From Candidatus Bathyarchaeota archaeon (GTDB lineage: Archaea > Thermoproteota > Bathyarchaeia > TCS64), in the NCBI GenBank assembly GCA_043826455.1, contig JBDRQD010000036.1:24795-88794 (forward strand): 64,000 nt of DNA, written 5' to 3'. This document shows, piece after piece, positions 48,507-57,255 of the stretch. The notes beneath the pieces are model-generated. The model did not search any database. It was not told the DNA's origin and saw only the letters and a list, made by a program, of their open reading frames with translations. Position 1 is the stretch's first letter. Each line of letters begins with the position of its first letter. Both the position numbers and the translations under genes were made by a program.

Positions 48507-49205
48507 CTATGTCGATCTCTTGTAGTTGTAGTACAGGTCGATGAAGGCCAGGCCGATTACCACGTTGAGGGCCGAGTTGAGAAGCCCCGACACCAGGGGA
48601 ACGAAGCTGATGACGAAGGAGCCGAGGATACTCACGAGCAGGATGAGCAGGACGTCGGACAGGTCGGACCCCAGGACGCTGAAGGCTTTGGAGATGGCGT
48701 TGGTTAACCCCGTCTCGTCGATGACCATGATGCTGAACATGAGGACGACCACCGGGATCAGTATTATGGTTATGGACATTATTCCCCCCACTATGGCGGC
48801 CACGATGAACGTCAGGAGCCTGCCTGAGACGTAGCTCATGCTCTCACCGAGGTCCAGGGGCTGCCGGTTATAGGCGTCCCTGGACATGTCAAGAGAAGCG
48901 AAGGAGAGCATGAAGGATATTATCGCTGCGGCTATGGATAACAGGAGGCCTATTTGTTCAGGGTTTCCTTGGCTCAGCCAGTTTATGCCGGATGAGATTA
49001 TTCCAGCTAGTATCGCTGGCACGAACACCGTGGGGTTCTGGTTCGCGACGTTGTACCCGATCCTGAGGTGCTCTGTGAAGCCTCTCCTTGTCTCTACGGG
49101 TGCCTCTGCGCCACTCACTTCACCCTGCTTCATGTTGTACCCACAGTGTGGGCAATAGGCGGCGTCTTCTCTGACCTCGCCTTCACAATGAGGACACTTG
49201 ACCAT
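48507..49205 (-). CDS. Zinc-ribbon domain membrane protein
   Basis: CPHC...YCPHCG followed by several TM segments. Confidence 0.8.
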   Translation of the reverse strand: MVKCPHCEGEVREDAAYCPHCGYNMKQGEVSGAEAPVETRRGFTEHLRIGYNVANQNPTVFVPAILAGIISSGINWLSQGNPEQIGLLLSIAAAIISFMLSFASLDMSRDAYNRQPLDLGESMSYVSGRLLTFIVAAIVGGIMSITIILIPVVVLMFSIMVIDETGLTNAISKAFSVLGSDLSDVLLILLVSILGSFVISFVPLVSGLLNSALNVVIGLAFIDLYYNYKRST

Positions 49206-49287
49206 AAGCTGACTATAGATTGGGGATATTAAAAGGAGTCCTAAAACCCCTTCAGGAAAGGGGGATCATGGAAAAATTAAACCTGGG

Positions 49288-49363
49288 TGGAGCCCCGAGC
49301 GGGATTCGAACCCGCGACCTACAACTTACGAGGCTGCCGCTCTGACCGCTGAGCTACCGGGGC
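49288..49363 (-). tRNA. tRNA-Thr(CGT), CCA encoded
   Basis: Reverse complement GCCCCGGTAGCTCAGCGGTCAGAGCGGCAGCCT-CGT-AAGTTGTAGGTCGCGGGTTCGAATCCCGCTCGGGGCTCCA. Confidence 0.93.
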
Positions 49364-49409
49364 GCTATGAACCATAGATAAGAATAGGGATTTAAGAGAT
49401 GCTGTCAGG

Positions 49410-50573
49410 CTACCCGGGGTAGCTGATGACTCCCTTGGAGACCAGCTCCTTGATCTTCTCATCGCTGAACCCCATGAGCCTGCCCAGTATCTCGTTGTTG
49501 TTCTGCCCCAGGACGGGTGCAGGCGTCTTCATCTGGGCCGGCGTCTCCGAGAACTTGACGGGGAAAGTGATGAGCTTGATCCGCCCCGCCTTGGGGTGAT
49601 CCATCTCTATGAACATGTCCCTAGCGTTGATGTGTGGGTCAGCCACCGTCTCGTCCACGTGGAGGATGGGGGCGCAGGGAAGCTCCATGCCCGTATAGTA
49701 GGCCACGGCCTCGTCTCGCGTCATGGTGGCCGTCTTCTCCCTCAGCATCTCCTCTGTGACCTGGTCGTGCTCGACTCCCATGTGCTTCACTATCCTGTCC
49801 ATAGCCCTGGGCCCGAAGGCCGTCATCCTTATCCACTTCTCGTCCTTGGTCTTGAATATCCCTCCGGCTCCCCTACCCCGCGGGTACTTCTCCCGGAGCT
49901 CCAGGGGCTTCAGGCCGGAGAGGAGGTACCCGGTGATGGCTGTGTTGTAGGCCACCATGCAGTCCAGCTGGGCCACGTCGATCATCTGGCCTATGCCTGT
50001 CTTGTCCCTGTACCTCAACGCCATTAGGATGGCCATGACGGCCATGGTGCCCGGACCCAGGTCCCCGTAGGCCTGAGCCATCTCTATAGGCGGTCCCTTG
50101 GGGTCATGGTTCTCTCCTGTCAGCATGGTGTGGCCGCTCATGGCCTCAGCGATCATGGCGTAGCTCCTCCACTCCCTGTAGGGCCCGTACTGGCCGAAGC
50201 CGCTGAGGGCCGCGTAGATGATACCCGGGTTCAGCTCCTTCAGCACCTCGTAGCCCAGGCCCAGGTCCTCCATGGTGCCGGGGCTGAAGTTCTGGACCAC
50301 CACGTCGCTCTTCTTCACCAGCTCCTTGAATATGGCCAGGCCCTCAGGGTCCTTCAGGTTGAGAGTCAGGTCCTTCTTGTTCAGGTTCAGGTGGTGGAAC
50401 GTGTAGCTGGCTCCGCCGAAGAGGGCGCCCTCGGCGAGCCTGTCTATGGCGCCCCAGGGGGGCTCGACTCTTATGACTTCAGCGCCCATGTCGGCCATCA
50501 TCATGGTACACCAGGGGCCAAACCATACGTGGGTCAGGTCCAGGACCCTGATGTCTTCAAGCGGCATCTTCAT
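49410..50573 (-). CDS. Family III CoA-transferase (CaiB/BaiF)
   Basis: RVLDLT...GP, DMGAEVIRVE, NFSPG, SGFGQYGP and GQMIDV motifs. Confidence 0.92.
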   Translation of the reverse strand: MKMPLEDIRVLDLTHVWFGPWCTMMMADMGAEVIRVEPPWGAIDRLAEGALFGGASYTFHHLNLNKKDLTLNLKDPEGLAIFKELVKKSDVVVQNFSPGTMEDLGLGYEVLKELNPGIIYAALSGFGQYGPYREWRSYAMIAEAMSGHTMLTGENHDPKGPPIEMAQAYGDLGPGTMAVMAILMALRYRDKTGIGQMIDVAQLDCMVAYNTAITGYLLSGLKPLELREKYPRGRGAGGIFKTKDEKWIRMTAFGPRAMDRIVKHMGVEHDQVTEEMLREKTATMTRDEAVAYYTGMELPCAPILHVDETVADPHINARDMFIEMDHPKAGRIKLITFPVKFSETPAQMKTPAPVLGQNNNEILGRLMGFSDEKIKELVSKGVISYPG

Positions 50574-50675
50574 TTCAGGCAAAGCAATCACAGTACATGT
50601 CCAACCCACATATATGACGTTTACCAAACGGCTGAAAGCTTAAACCCGGGGCAACGGAAACCTATCTGGATGCGG

Positions 50676-51668
50676 ATGGCCACTGTAAGGGACATAGGGG
50701 AGCGGGAGCTCATCACCCGGATTATGCGGCACCTCACCAGGATGCCCGGGATGCCCATACCCTTCTGGGACGACGCCAGCGCCCTCAGCTTGGGCGACGG
50801 AAGGGCCCTGGTCATCAACACGGACATGCTGGTGTGGAGCACCGATGTCCCCGCCGGTATGACCCCCTTCCAGGCGGCCCGGAAGGCGGTGGTCATGAAC
50901 GTGAGCGACCTGGGCGCTAAGGGGGTTCCGCCCCTGGCATTCATGGCTGACCTAGCCGTCCCCGGTGACACCCCGGTTGAGACGGTGGAGGAGCTGGCCA
51001 GGGGCTTCGAGGCCGGGGCCAGGCTCTACGGGGCCCACGTGGTGGGGGGCGACACCAACGAGGCCTGCGACATAATCGTCTCAGGAATAGCCCTCGGCCT
51101 GGTGGTGGAGAAGAGGATCATGAGGAGGGCGGGAGGCGCACAGCCCGGTGACCTCCTGGCCACCACGGGTCTCTTCGGCCTCACATCCGCCGGCTTCAAA
51201 CACCTATTGGATGGGTACGAGCTGCCGGAGGACATCAGGAAGCCCATCCTGGACTCCATATACATGCCCGTGGCTCGGGTCTGGGAAGGCGTGGCCCTAT
51301 CCATGACGGGGGCCGTCACGGGGTGCATGGACAGCAGCGACGGCCTGGGGGTGAGCCTCCACGACCTGTCCCGGAGCACAGGCCTCGGGTACAGGGTCAC
51401 CGATCCCCCGGTCCACCCGGCCGCCGAGAGGTTCGCGGAGCATAACAGGCTGGACCCCTTGGAGCTGGCCCTCTACGGGGGCGAGGAGTACGAGCTGGTC
51501 TTCTCATTCAAGCGGGAGGAGCGGGGCAAGGTCCTGTCGGCCCTCGCCGGGGTGGGCTGCGGCCTTTACGTCATCGGCGAGGTCACCGAGGGGAAGGAGA
51601 TAACGCTTGAGCACGGCGGAGAGACCAAGCCTATAAGGCCCGGCGGCTGGATCCACTTCACCAAGTAG
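50676..51668 (+). CDS. thiL: Thiamine-monophosphate kinase
   Basis: DIGERELI, DDA, NVSDLGAKG, VGGDT, MDSSDGL and GGEEYEL motifs. The ORF-track start at 50106 is spurious. Confidence 0.93.
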   Translation: MATVRDIGERELITRIMRHLTRMPGMPIPFWDDASALSLGDGRALVINTDMLVWSTDVPAGMTPFQAARKAVVMNVSDLGAKGVPPLAFMADLAVPGDTPVETVEELARGFEAGARLYGAHVVGGDTNEACDIIVSGIALGLVVEKRIMRRAGGAQPGDLLATTGLFGLTSAGFKHLLDGYELPEDIRKPILDSIYMPVARVWEGVALSMTGAVTGCMDSSDGLGVSLHDLSRSTGLGYRVTDPPVHPAAERFAEHNRLDPLELALYGGEEYELVFSFKREERGKVLSALAGVGCGLYVIGEVTEGKEITLEHGGETKPIRPGGWIHFTK

Positions 51669-51705
51669 TGTCAAAGCTTTATTACGGCGAGCCCAAAATA
51701 CACTC

Positions 51706-52605
51706 ATGCAGGCTTCCACGTCATCCAAACCCCTAGCACTTGTACTCATCGGCCTCGTCCTGGGCGCCAGCCTGGGGCTGGGCTCAGGCTACGCCGTTTT
51801 CTACCCCCAGATGGTAAGGGACAGCAACAAGAGCATAGAGGACCGCCTCCAGGAGATGGAGGAGGGGCTAGACCAGATGAACGCCCAGATGACCCGCCTC
51901 AACACCAGCATCGGGGACATCCAGAGAAGCCTAGGCTCCATCATGGGCCTCACCGATTCCATGACCACCCTGGGGAACAGGATACTGGCCCTGGAGGTTA
52001 GCCTGAGCCAGGTGAACGGGAAGATCAGCGGCATCGAGGGCAGGGTGAACGCCCTCACGGGCGACTACTCTGACCTAGAAGCGGATCTAGGCGATCTCCA
52101 GGAGGACATTGATGCGCTTCAAGCAGACTGGGCCCAGGCCCTAGCAGGCTTCGGCAGTGTCCAGGAGCAGTTCCAGGCCGTGGACGCCAAGGTGGTGGAT
52201 GTCCAGGAGAAGGTTTCCCAGTCCACAGCCTTCGAGAGGTTCAGGGCGTGGATGGGTAACCCCAGCCAGGCTAACGTGGCCAGCCTCACGGACATGGTTC
52301 ACAGCGTCCTCATGGCTGAGAACACCGCCTACTCTGGCTGGGCTAAGGCCTACGGGGAGACCACAGCCAAGATACTGTTGACGCCTTTTCTGGACGGCAA
52401 GATGGGTAAGATGATCTGGAACAAGGTCTCCGTGGCCAAGGTGAGCGGCAGCGTCTACCAGGTCCGGCTGGAGACCTACACGAACCTGGAGTTCACGGCC
52501 GCCTCGGTGACGGTGCCCAAGCTGAAGCTGGAGGCCAGGGCCAACGTGAACGCCGTGACGGGCGAGGTCACGTCCTTCAGCTGGACCATAGTGGACATAA
52601 TTTAG
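51706..52605 (+). CDS. Membrane-anchored coiled-coil protein
   Basis: N-terminal TM segment followed by long heptad repeats. Confidence 0.75.
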   Translation: MQASTSSKPLALVLIGLVLGASLGLGSGYAVFYPQMVRDSNKSIEDRLQEMEEGLDQMNAQMTRLNTSIGDIQRSLGSIMGLTDSMTTLGNRILALEVSLSQVNGKISGIEGRVNALTGDYSDLEADLGDLQEDIDALQADWAQALAGFGSVQEQFQAVDAKVVDVQEKVSQSTAFERFRAWMGNPSQANVASLTDMVHSVLMAENTAYSGWAKAYGETTAKILLTPFLDGKMGKMIWNKVSVAKVSGSVYQVRLETYTNLEFTAASVTVPKLKLEARANVNAVTGEVTSFSWTIVDII

Positions 52606-52610
52606 AAGGG

Positions 52611-52645
52611 TGGCGCCGCCATTCGGCGGTTGAACTCAGGTTAAC
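52611..52645 (-). other. Candidate att site: degenerate 3' half of a tRNA-Asn(GTT)-like gene
   Basis: The minus strand reads GTTAACC-TGA-GTTCAA-CCGCCGAA-TGGCGGCG-CCA, exactly at the host/element boundary. Confidence 0.45.
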
Positions 52646-52738
52646 TACACTCATTTTGATACGCTCCTGTGAAAGGTATACAGTATCGATACTTCCTTCC
52701 CTTCTAATAGGTTTACTTATTTGCACTATAATCATCCT

Positions 52739-53113
52739 CTACGTCGGTTTTGACATAACTCGTCCATCCCTTATGACCCACCCCTTCGCACGGAGAGGTT
52801 CCACCACCTTGGGAAGGCTCAATGCGAATCTGATATGTTCGCAGTCGGCCTCCTCGCATGCCTCGCAGTAGGGGCCTTCTCTGAAGTAGACGTCCACGAT
52901 CCGCTTCCTCAGGTTATCGTAGATGGTGGCGTGGTCGTCGTATACGTTGTAGTGGGTGAACCGGGGGTACTCGTCCTGGTACACCTTCATGAGGCAGTAG
53001 TCTACCGCGTGCTGGTAGTTGTGGAAGACCCGTTCACCTATCTTCTGGTCAATCCACTCCAGGACCTCGCCCTGGACGGTGATAGTTACCCTCTTCTTAT
53101 CCTCCTCGGCCAC
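52739..53113 (-). CDS. Ribbon-helix-helix regulator with a C-terminal CxxC-x4-CxH Zn site (repressor-like)
   Basis: RVTITV..EVLEWID...YQHAVDY (RHH) and YCEACEEADCEH. Confidence 0.7.
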   Translation of the reverse strand: MAEEDKKRVTITVQGEVLEWIDQKIGERVFHNYQHAVDYCLMKVYQDEYPRFTHYNVYDDHATIYDNLRKRIVDVYFREGPYCEACEEADCEHIRFALSLPKVVEPLRAKGWVIRDGRVMSKPT

Positions 53114-53128
53114 TTACACTCACCTCTC

Positions 53129-53194
53129 TGCATCAATTTTAATCAGTACACAGATATATGTTTTATGCCTCACGTTGATGCATTTAGCATCACG
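53129..53194. promoter_or_regulatory. Operator repeats between the divergent RHH genes
   Basis: TGCATCAA (53129) and TTGATGCA (53175) form an inverted pair; TGATGC-N5-GCATCA at 53176-53192; GCCTCACG/GCATCACG direct repeat 20 bp apart. Confidence 0.55.
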
Positions 53195-53239
53195 AATATA
53201 TTTAAATAGATTCTTAGGGTCTAGATCTGATGAGGATTG

Positions 53240-53428
53240 ATGATTTTGGTGAGGGTTACGGTGAGCGTGGATGACACCCTCATGGCCCAGATCCAGCGGC
53301 TGGCGGAGGCCGAGATGCGCAGCAAGGCCAACATGATGAAGATTCTCATCATGGAGGCCGTGGAGGCCAGAGACGGCCAGAAGACTGGAGCACACCGGGA
53401 GGGAGCGAAGCGTGGAAAGCAATGTTAG
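53240..53428 (+). CDS. CopG/Arc-type ribbon-helix-helix protein (Cro-like position)
   Basis: VRVTVSVDDTL...IQRLAEAEMRSKANMMKILI.EA. Confidence 0.85.
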   Translation: MILVRVTVSVDDTLMAQIQRLAEAEMRSKANMMKILIMEAVEARDGQKTGAHREGAKRGKQC

Positions 53429-53624
53429 AAGCGATAAAAACATGGGCGGCGCCGAGTCGCCGAGTGGCCGCGAGGAGGCCCTGACGCGGCTAACAGGATG
53501 GGAGAGAGCCTTCTGGGAGATGCTTCAAGAACGGAAGACGGTGCGCAGCGCCCAAGAGAACCAGGCTGAGAGCCTGGGCGGGGAGCCTGAGCCAGGGCAA
53601 GCGGTGGAGTGGTCTACGAGGTGA
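53412..53624 (+). CDS. Small viral hypothetical protein
   Basis: Overlaps the RHH gene within the early operon. Confidence 0.45.
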   Translation: MESNVRSDKNMGGAESPSGREEALTRLTGWERAFWEMLQERKTVRSAQENQAESLGGEPEPGQAVEWSTR

Positions 53625-53765
53625 CTGGAGTGAGAGACGGCTGATAAAAGCATGGGAGGGCGTGGAGCCTCGGGGGGTTGAAGCGTTTTGAAGGACCCCT
53701 CAGCCACCCGGGAGCTCCGCCATGAAGAGCGTCCTACGAGATTTAGAGGTATCGAAAAAGCGGGG

Positions 53766-54053
53766 ATGAGGCGTTTCATACTCACAGCCCTGGCCCCGCT
53801 CGGGGACAGCTTGGCTACTGCATGCACCCTATTAATGTTGAATGGGCTGGCCTGGATCGGCGCAGGAGTCTACTTGAACGCACCTTTCGGCCTGGTGGTG
53901 ACCTACGCCGCCATGGCCATCCTAGCGGTCCCCACCCTCGCCACCTACGCCCTGATACTGCTGACCTTATCGCTGGCATACAGGGTGCCCCTGAGCCTCG
54001 CGTTCCTCTACCCTGACAGGAGGGCCGAGTACCTTGAGGAGGCGTTGCCGTGA
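53766..54053 (+). CDS. Small viral membrane protein
   Basis: Hydrophobic segments; GTGA coupling to the next gene. Confidence 0.65.
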   Translation: MRRFILTALAPLGDSLATACTLLMLNGLAWIGAGVYLNAPFGLVVTYAAMAILAVPTLATYALILLTLSLAYRVPLSLAFLYPDRRAEYLEEALP

Positions 54054-54364
54054 GGACCCCAAACCCCATGATTCTGCGCTACAGGGTGCACATCAACATC
54101 GCCGCCATGGCTCTCATCGCCCTAGGCCTCCTGACCGCTTTTGACACCCGATACCAGAATGCGGGGGCAGTGCTCCTCTTCGGCACCTTCCTAGCGTGGA
54201 TACACCTGCGCGGCAGGATCAGGCCCCAGGTATCCGACTACACAGAATACCTAGAAGCCCTAGCCAAGGAGGAGGGACACGATAACTGGCTGCATAGCGC
54301 AAACCAGCGGTTCATGACGCTATGGGACATCGAGGACCTGAAGGAGGTTGACCAGGGTGTCTGA
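54050..54364 (+). CDS. Small viral two-TM protein
   Basis: GGAGG SD, GTGA overlap and two TM segments. Confidence 0.7.
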   Translation: MRTPNPMILRYRVHINIAAMALIALGLLTAFDTRYQNAGAVLLFGTFLAWIHLRGRIRPQVSDYTEYLEALAKEEGHDNWLHSANQRFMTLWDIEDLKEVDQGV

Positions 54365-54479
54365 ACAGACTCCAAGCCTGAGGTGGCTGGCCACCCTGAT
54401 CGACGAGAAGAGTGGGTCTACGGCTCCTGCCAAGGCGGCAGCTACGGCTGGGCTCTTCACAGGAATTGGAGGGAGCTAG
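54357..54479 (+). CDS. 40-aa viral ORF (MSEQTPSLRWLATLIDEK...)
   Basis: GGAGGT SD; fills the gap in the operon; below the ORF-track cutoff. Confidence 0.45.
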   Translation: MSEQTPSLRWLATLIDEKSGSTAPAKAAATAGLFTGIGGS

Positions 54480-54480
54480 C

Positions 54481-54972
54481 CTGACCCGACGGATAACCCT
54501 CACAGCCAAGCAGCTGAAGCAGGTCCCCGGCTACAAGACCACCCTCACCGTGGACCGGCTCAAGGGCATGGTGGCTGGGCTGCTAACGGAGGCGGGCCTG
54601 GACTACGCCATGGTGAAGCGGGACGGATCCGACATGGTGCTCATCGAGATGGTCCTGGACACCGGGGACACGGGCACCAAGCGGGTGGTCCATTTCAAGC
54701 TGGAGGTGCCCCAGGTCTATCAGGAGATGAGGCGGGGACCGGTTAAGCCATTGCCTGAGGCGGGGTGGCGGTTCTTCTACGACTACCTGGAGCGCCGCAT
54801 ACAGGCCGTGAAGCTCGGCATCACAGACCTCGTGGAGGAGTTCACCGCTAACATCGTCATGCAGCTCCCCGACGGCAGGCAGGGCACCCTGGGCGACTCC
54901 ATCAAGCTGAGCATAGTGGACCCGAGCCAGGCCATGCTACCCTTCATCCAGCAACGGGAGGCCCAAGCATGA
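54481..54972 (+). CDS. Viral hypothetical protein (possible CTG start)
   Basis: Open frame from 54412; the GGAGG SD lies upstream of CTG 54481; WRFFYDYLERRIQAVKLG motif. Confidence 0.7.
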   Translation: MTRRITLTAKQLKQVPGYKTTLTVDRLKGMVAGLLTEAGLDYAMVKRDGSDMVLIEMVLDTGDTGTKRVVHFKLEVPQVYQEMRRGPVKPLPEAGWRFFYDYLERRIQAVKLGITDLVEEFTANIVMQLPDGRQGTLGDSIKLSIVDPSQAMLPFIQQREAQA

Positions 54973-55313
54973 CGCCGCTACCAAGCTATTACTCAATGAC
55001 TGTGAAAGAGCTTTACCAGCGCATCCGAGACCTCTACCCCGGCATAGACTCACGGCCCCTCGTCATCAGTGTGCCCCCGAACAGCTACCGTAAGGCTGAC
55101 TACATCTACATAGACCACCACGGGAGCCCCCCCAAGGGAGGAGCGATCTACGACAAGGCCCGCCGACACCTGTACTTGCTGAGTGTGGGGCTGGACCGTA
55201 AGTACCGCGTCGGATCAAACGTGCAGCTACCGGAGCTTGACGCCCTAGAGGTAGGATTCTATCTCTGGACAATTGAGGACAGCGTGACACCCTATAGGGA
55301 GGCCGAGGTATGA
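54969..55313 (+). CDS. Viral hypothetical protein
   Basis: ATGA coupling on both sides. Confidence 0.7.
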   Translation: MTPLPSYYSMTVKELYQRIRDLYPGIDSRPLVISVPPNSYRKADYIYIDHHGSPPKGGAIYDKARRHLYLLSVGLDRKYRVGSNVQLPELDALEVGFYLWTIEDSVTPYREAEV

Positions 55314-55600
55314 GTGAGCAGCCAATCGTTGTCGAGGCTAGGTGTCGGGTGTGCGGGCGCCGACTCACCAAGCTTGAGAGCGTGAAGATTGAGATCGGCC
55401 CCGTCTGCAAGAGGAGGCTGGAAAGCATCCAGCTTCTCGACCAGTTCACGGAGGATGCCATGAAGAGCCAGGAAACGCCTGTCTTCGAGGATGAGGCTCC
55501 GCCCACCTGTCCCCGGTGCGGCCAGGTTAGCCCTAACCCCAACCGCTGCCCATCATGTGGCTCACCAATCAAGGCCAGGCCCCGGGAGGTGGCGGCGTGA
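55310..55600 (+). CDS. DUF6011-like Zn-finger protein with a second Zn ribbon
   Basis: CRVCGRRLT..ES....IGPVC and CPRC...CPSC. Confidence 0.75.
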   Translation: MSEQPIVVEARCRVCGRRLTKLESVKIEIGPVCKRRLESIQLLDQFTEDAMKSQETPVFEDEAPPTCPRCGQVSPNPNRCPSCGSPIKARPREVAA

Positions 55601-55788
55601 ACCTGTGGAGGCGCATCAGGATGAGGCTAAACGGCCACATCTACGTCGGCGACAGGCAGAAGCCCGGGTGGAGAGGCCCACTGCCCCACTACGCGTTCCG
55701 GTGTCCCATCCACGGCCCCGTGGAGAGCTATCCTCACGGCTACGAGGGGAGACTGGAGTGCCCCATCTGCATGGAGGAAACGGTGTGA
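55597..55788 (+). CDS. Small Zn-finger protein
   Basis: CPIHG...YPHG...LECPIC; GGAGGT SD; GTGA overlap. Confidence 0.7.
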   Translation: MNLWRRIRMRLNGHIYVGDRQKPGWRGPLPHYAFRCPIHGPVESYPHGYEGRLECPICMEETV

Positions 55789-56006
55789 GCCAGATACGTA
55801 GACAGATACGGGACGCGGTGGCGGGGCTCCGAGGAGACTTCAAGAGCCTCACCAAGGCCGTGTTCTGGACCACCCTCGGCAGCCTAGCCACACTATACGC
55901 GGCTGCCCCCGAGGCCCAGCTAACCAGGCAGGTGCTGCCCCTAGAGGTTGGCCTGCTCATCGGCATGGCCCTGGGTTACCTCAGCTTCGGGAGAGAAGAA
56001 CCATGA
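55785..56006 (+). CDS. Small viral membrane protein
   Basis: GTGA overlap, GGAGG SD and two hydrophobic segments. Confidence 0.65.
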   Translation: MSQIRRQIRDAVAGLRGDFKSLTKAVFWTTLGSLATLYAAAPEAQLTRQVLPLEVGLLIGMALGYLSFGREEP

Positions 56007-56143
56007 CGCAGGAGAAGATCAACAGCGAGGACAGGTGCCCCCCAGCCTTCACCGAAGCATGCGTGCTGGAGGACGGGACCCGGTGCCCCTACTACCACGA
56101 CGGCGAGTGCGTCAAAGCCCCAGAGGAGGCTGATGGGCAGTGA
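56003..56143 (+). CDS. 46-aa Cys-rich viral ORF (MTQEKINSEDRCPPAF...)
   Basis: ATGA and GTGA overlaps with both neighbours; four Cys. Confidence 0.55.
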   Translation: MTQEKINSEDRCPPAFTEACVLEDGTRCPYYHDGECVKAPEEADGQ

Positions 56144-57255
56144 CGCAGGAAACCAGCATAGTTGAGGCTTCCAAGGCCCCGGCGGGTGACCTTCTGCCCA
56201 TCCTGGACCCGAAGGCCGCCAAGGCGGCGTACCAGGCGTACCTGGAGCTGTGCCAGGCCATCCTTGTGCCCTACGACAAGCGCATCGTCAGAGACGGCGT
56301 GGTGATCCAGGAGAGCGACTACGCCCGTATACCCGTCAGGCGCCAGGTGGGCGGCAGGTGGATCACGGAGTACGTGGACGCCCCCAAGAAGTCGGCTTGG
56401 CGTAAGCTGGCCAGGTTCTACGGCGTCAGCACCGAGATCGTGGAGAAGAGCAAGGAGGTCCACAAGGACGGCAGCTTCACGTACCACTACTCGGTGCGGG
56501 CCTCTGCCTGCGGGGTGAACATGGAGGGTGAGGGCAGCTGCACCAGCACCGAGAAGGGAGGCAGGAGCGAACACGAGACCCGAGCCACCGCCCACACCCG
56601 GGCCAAGAGCCGGGCCATCAGCGACCTGATAGGCTTCGGCCAGGTGAGCGCCGAGGAGTACAGCACATACGAGGATGATCCGCCGCCCAAGCCGGTGGAG
56701 GCAGAGACCCACGTCGTGGAGCCCACACCCAGGGCAAAGGCGGAAACCAGTGCCGAGAAGCCCGTCGTTGACACTGCTGAGAAGACGGTTAGAGACACCC
56801 TCACGGTTAACGGCCTGGGGGCTGATTACGTTCTCATCTACAGGTACGGGGACATTGTGCGTGTCGAGCCTCAGCCGGGGTTCCCTGATAGGTGGGGGGA
56901 CTTCAACAGGGTTCTGAGGCTCCTGAAGGCAGTGTGGATCGACGAGTCTTTATGGTGGGAGGTGCCCGCAGGCGACCTTGAACACCTCACCGACAGCGAG
57001 GACGAGGAGTTGGTGTACGGTATCTGGGGTGTGGACTGGAAGCTTAAGGGAGGTGAACCCGCCTTACGGGACTCTTCGTGGGCGTGGGCTTTCGCCTACA
57101 CCCAAGACGGAGATTACGTGCAGGAGCTCAAGCCCCTCGTACAGTACCTGGAGCAGTACGGCAGCCTGGAGACCCAGGGCTACACCGTCACCCTGGGAGG
57201 CCGAGACAAGAGCCTCCTGCAGCTGAAGAAGAACAAGGAGGCGAAGACCGGGTGA
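56140..57255 (+). CDS. Putative single-strand annealing (Rad52/RecT-superfamily-like) recombination protein
   Basis: KKSAWRKLA...EGEGSC...ATAHTRAKSRAISDLIG..VSAEE core, then a P/E/T-rich linker and C-terminal domains; located in the replication module. Confidence 0.5.
   Translation: MTQETSIVEASKAPAGDLLPILDPKAAKAAYQAYLELCQAILVPYDKRIVRDGVVIQESDYARIPVRRQVGGRWITEYVDAPKKSAWRKLARFYGVSTEIVEKSKEVHKDGSFTYHYSVRASACGVNMEGEGSCTSTEKGGRSEHETRATAHTRAKSRAISDLIGFGQVSAEEYSTYEDDPPPKPVEAETHVVEPTPRAKAETSAEKPVVDTAEKTVRDTLTVNGLGADYVLIYRYGDIVRVEPQPGFPDRWGDFNRVLRLLKAVWIDESLWWEVPAGDLEHLTDSEDEELVYGIWGVDWKLKGGEPALRDSSWAWAFAYTQDGDYVQELKPLVQYLEQYGSLETQGYTVTLGGRDKSLLQLKKNKEAKTG

Noticed and set aside
50106..50675. N-terminal extension or fusion on ThiL
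   Set aside because: It is the antisense shadow of the CoA-transferase gene; ThiL motifs begin at about 50676.
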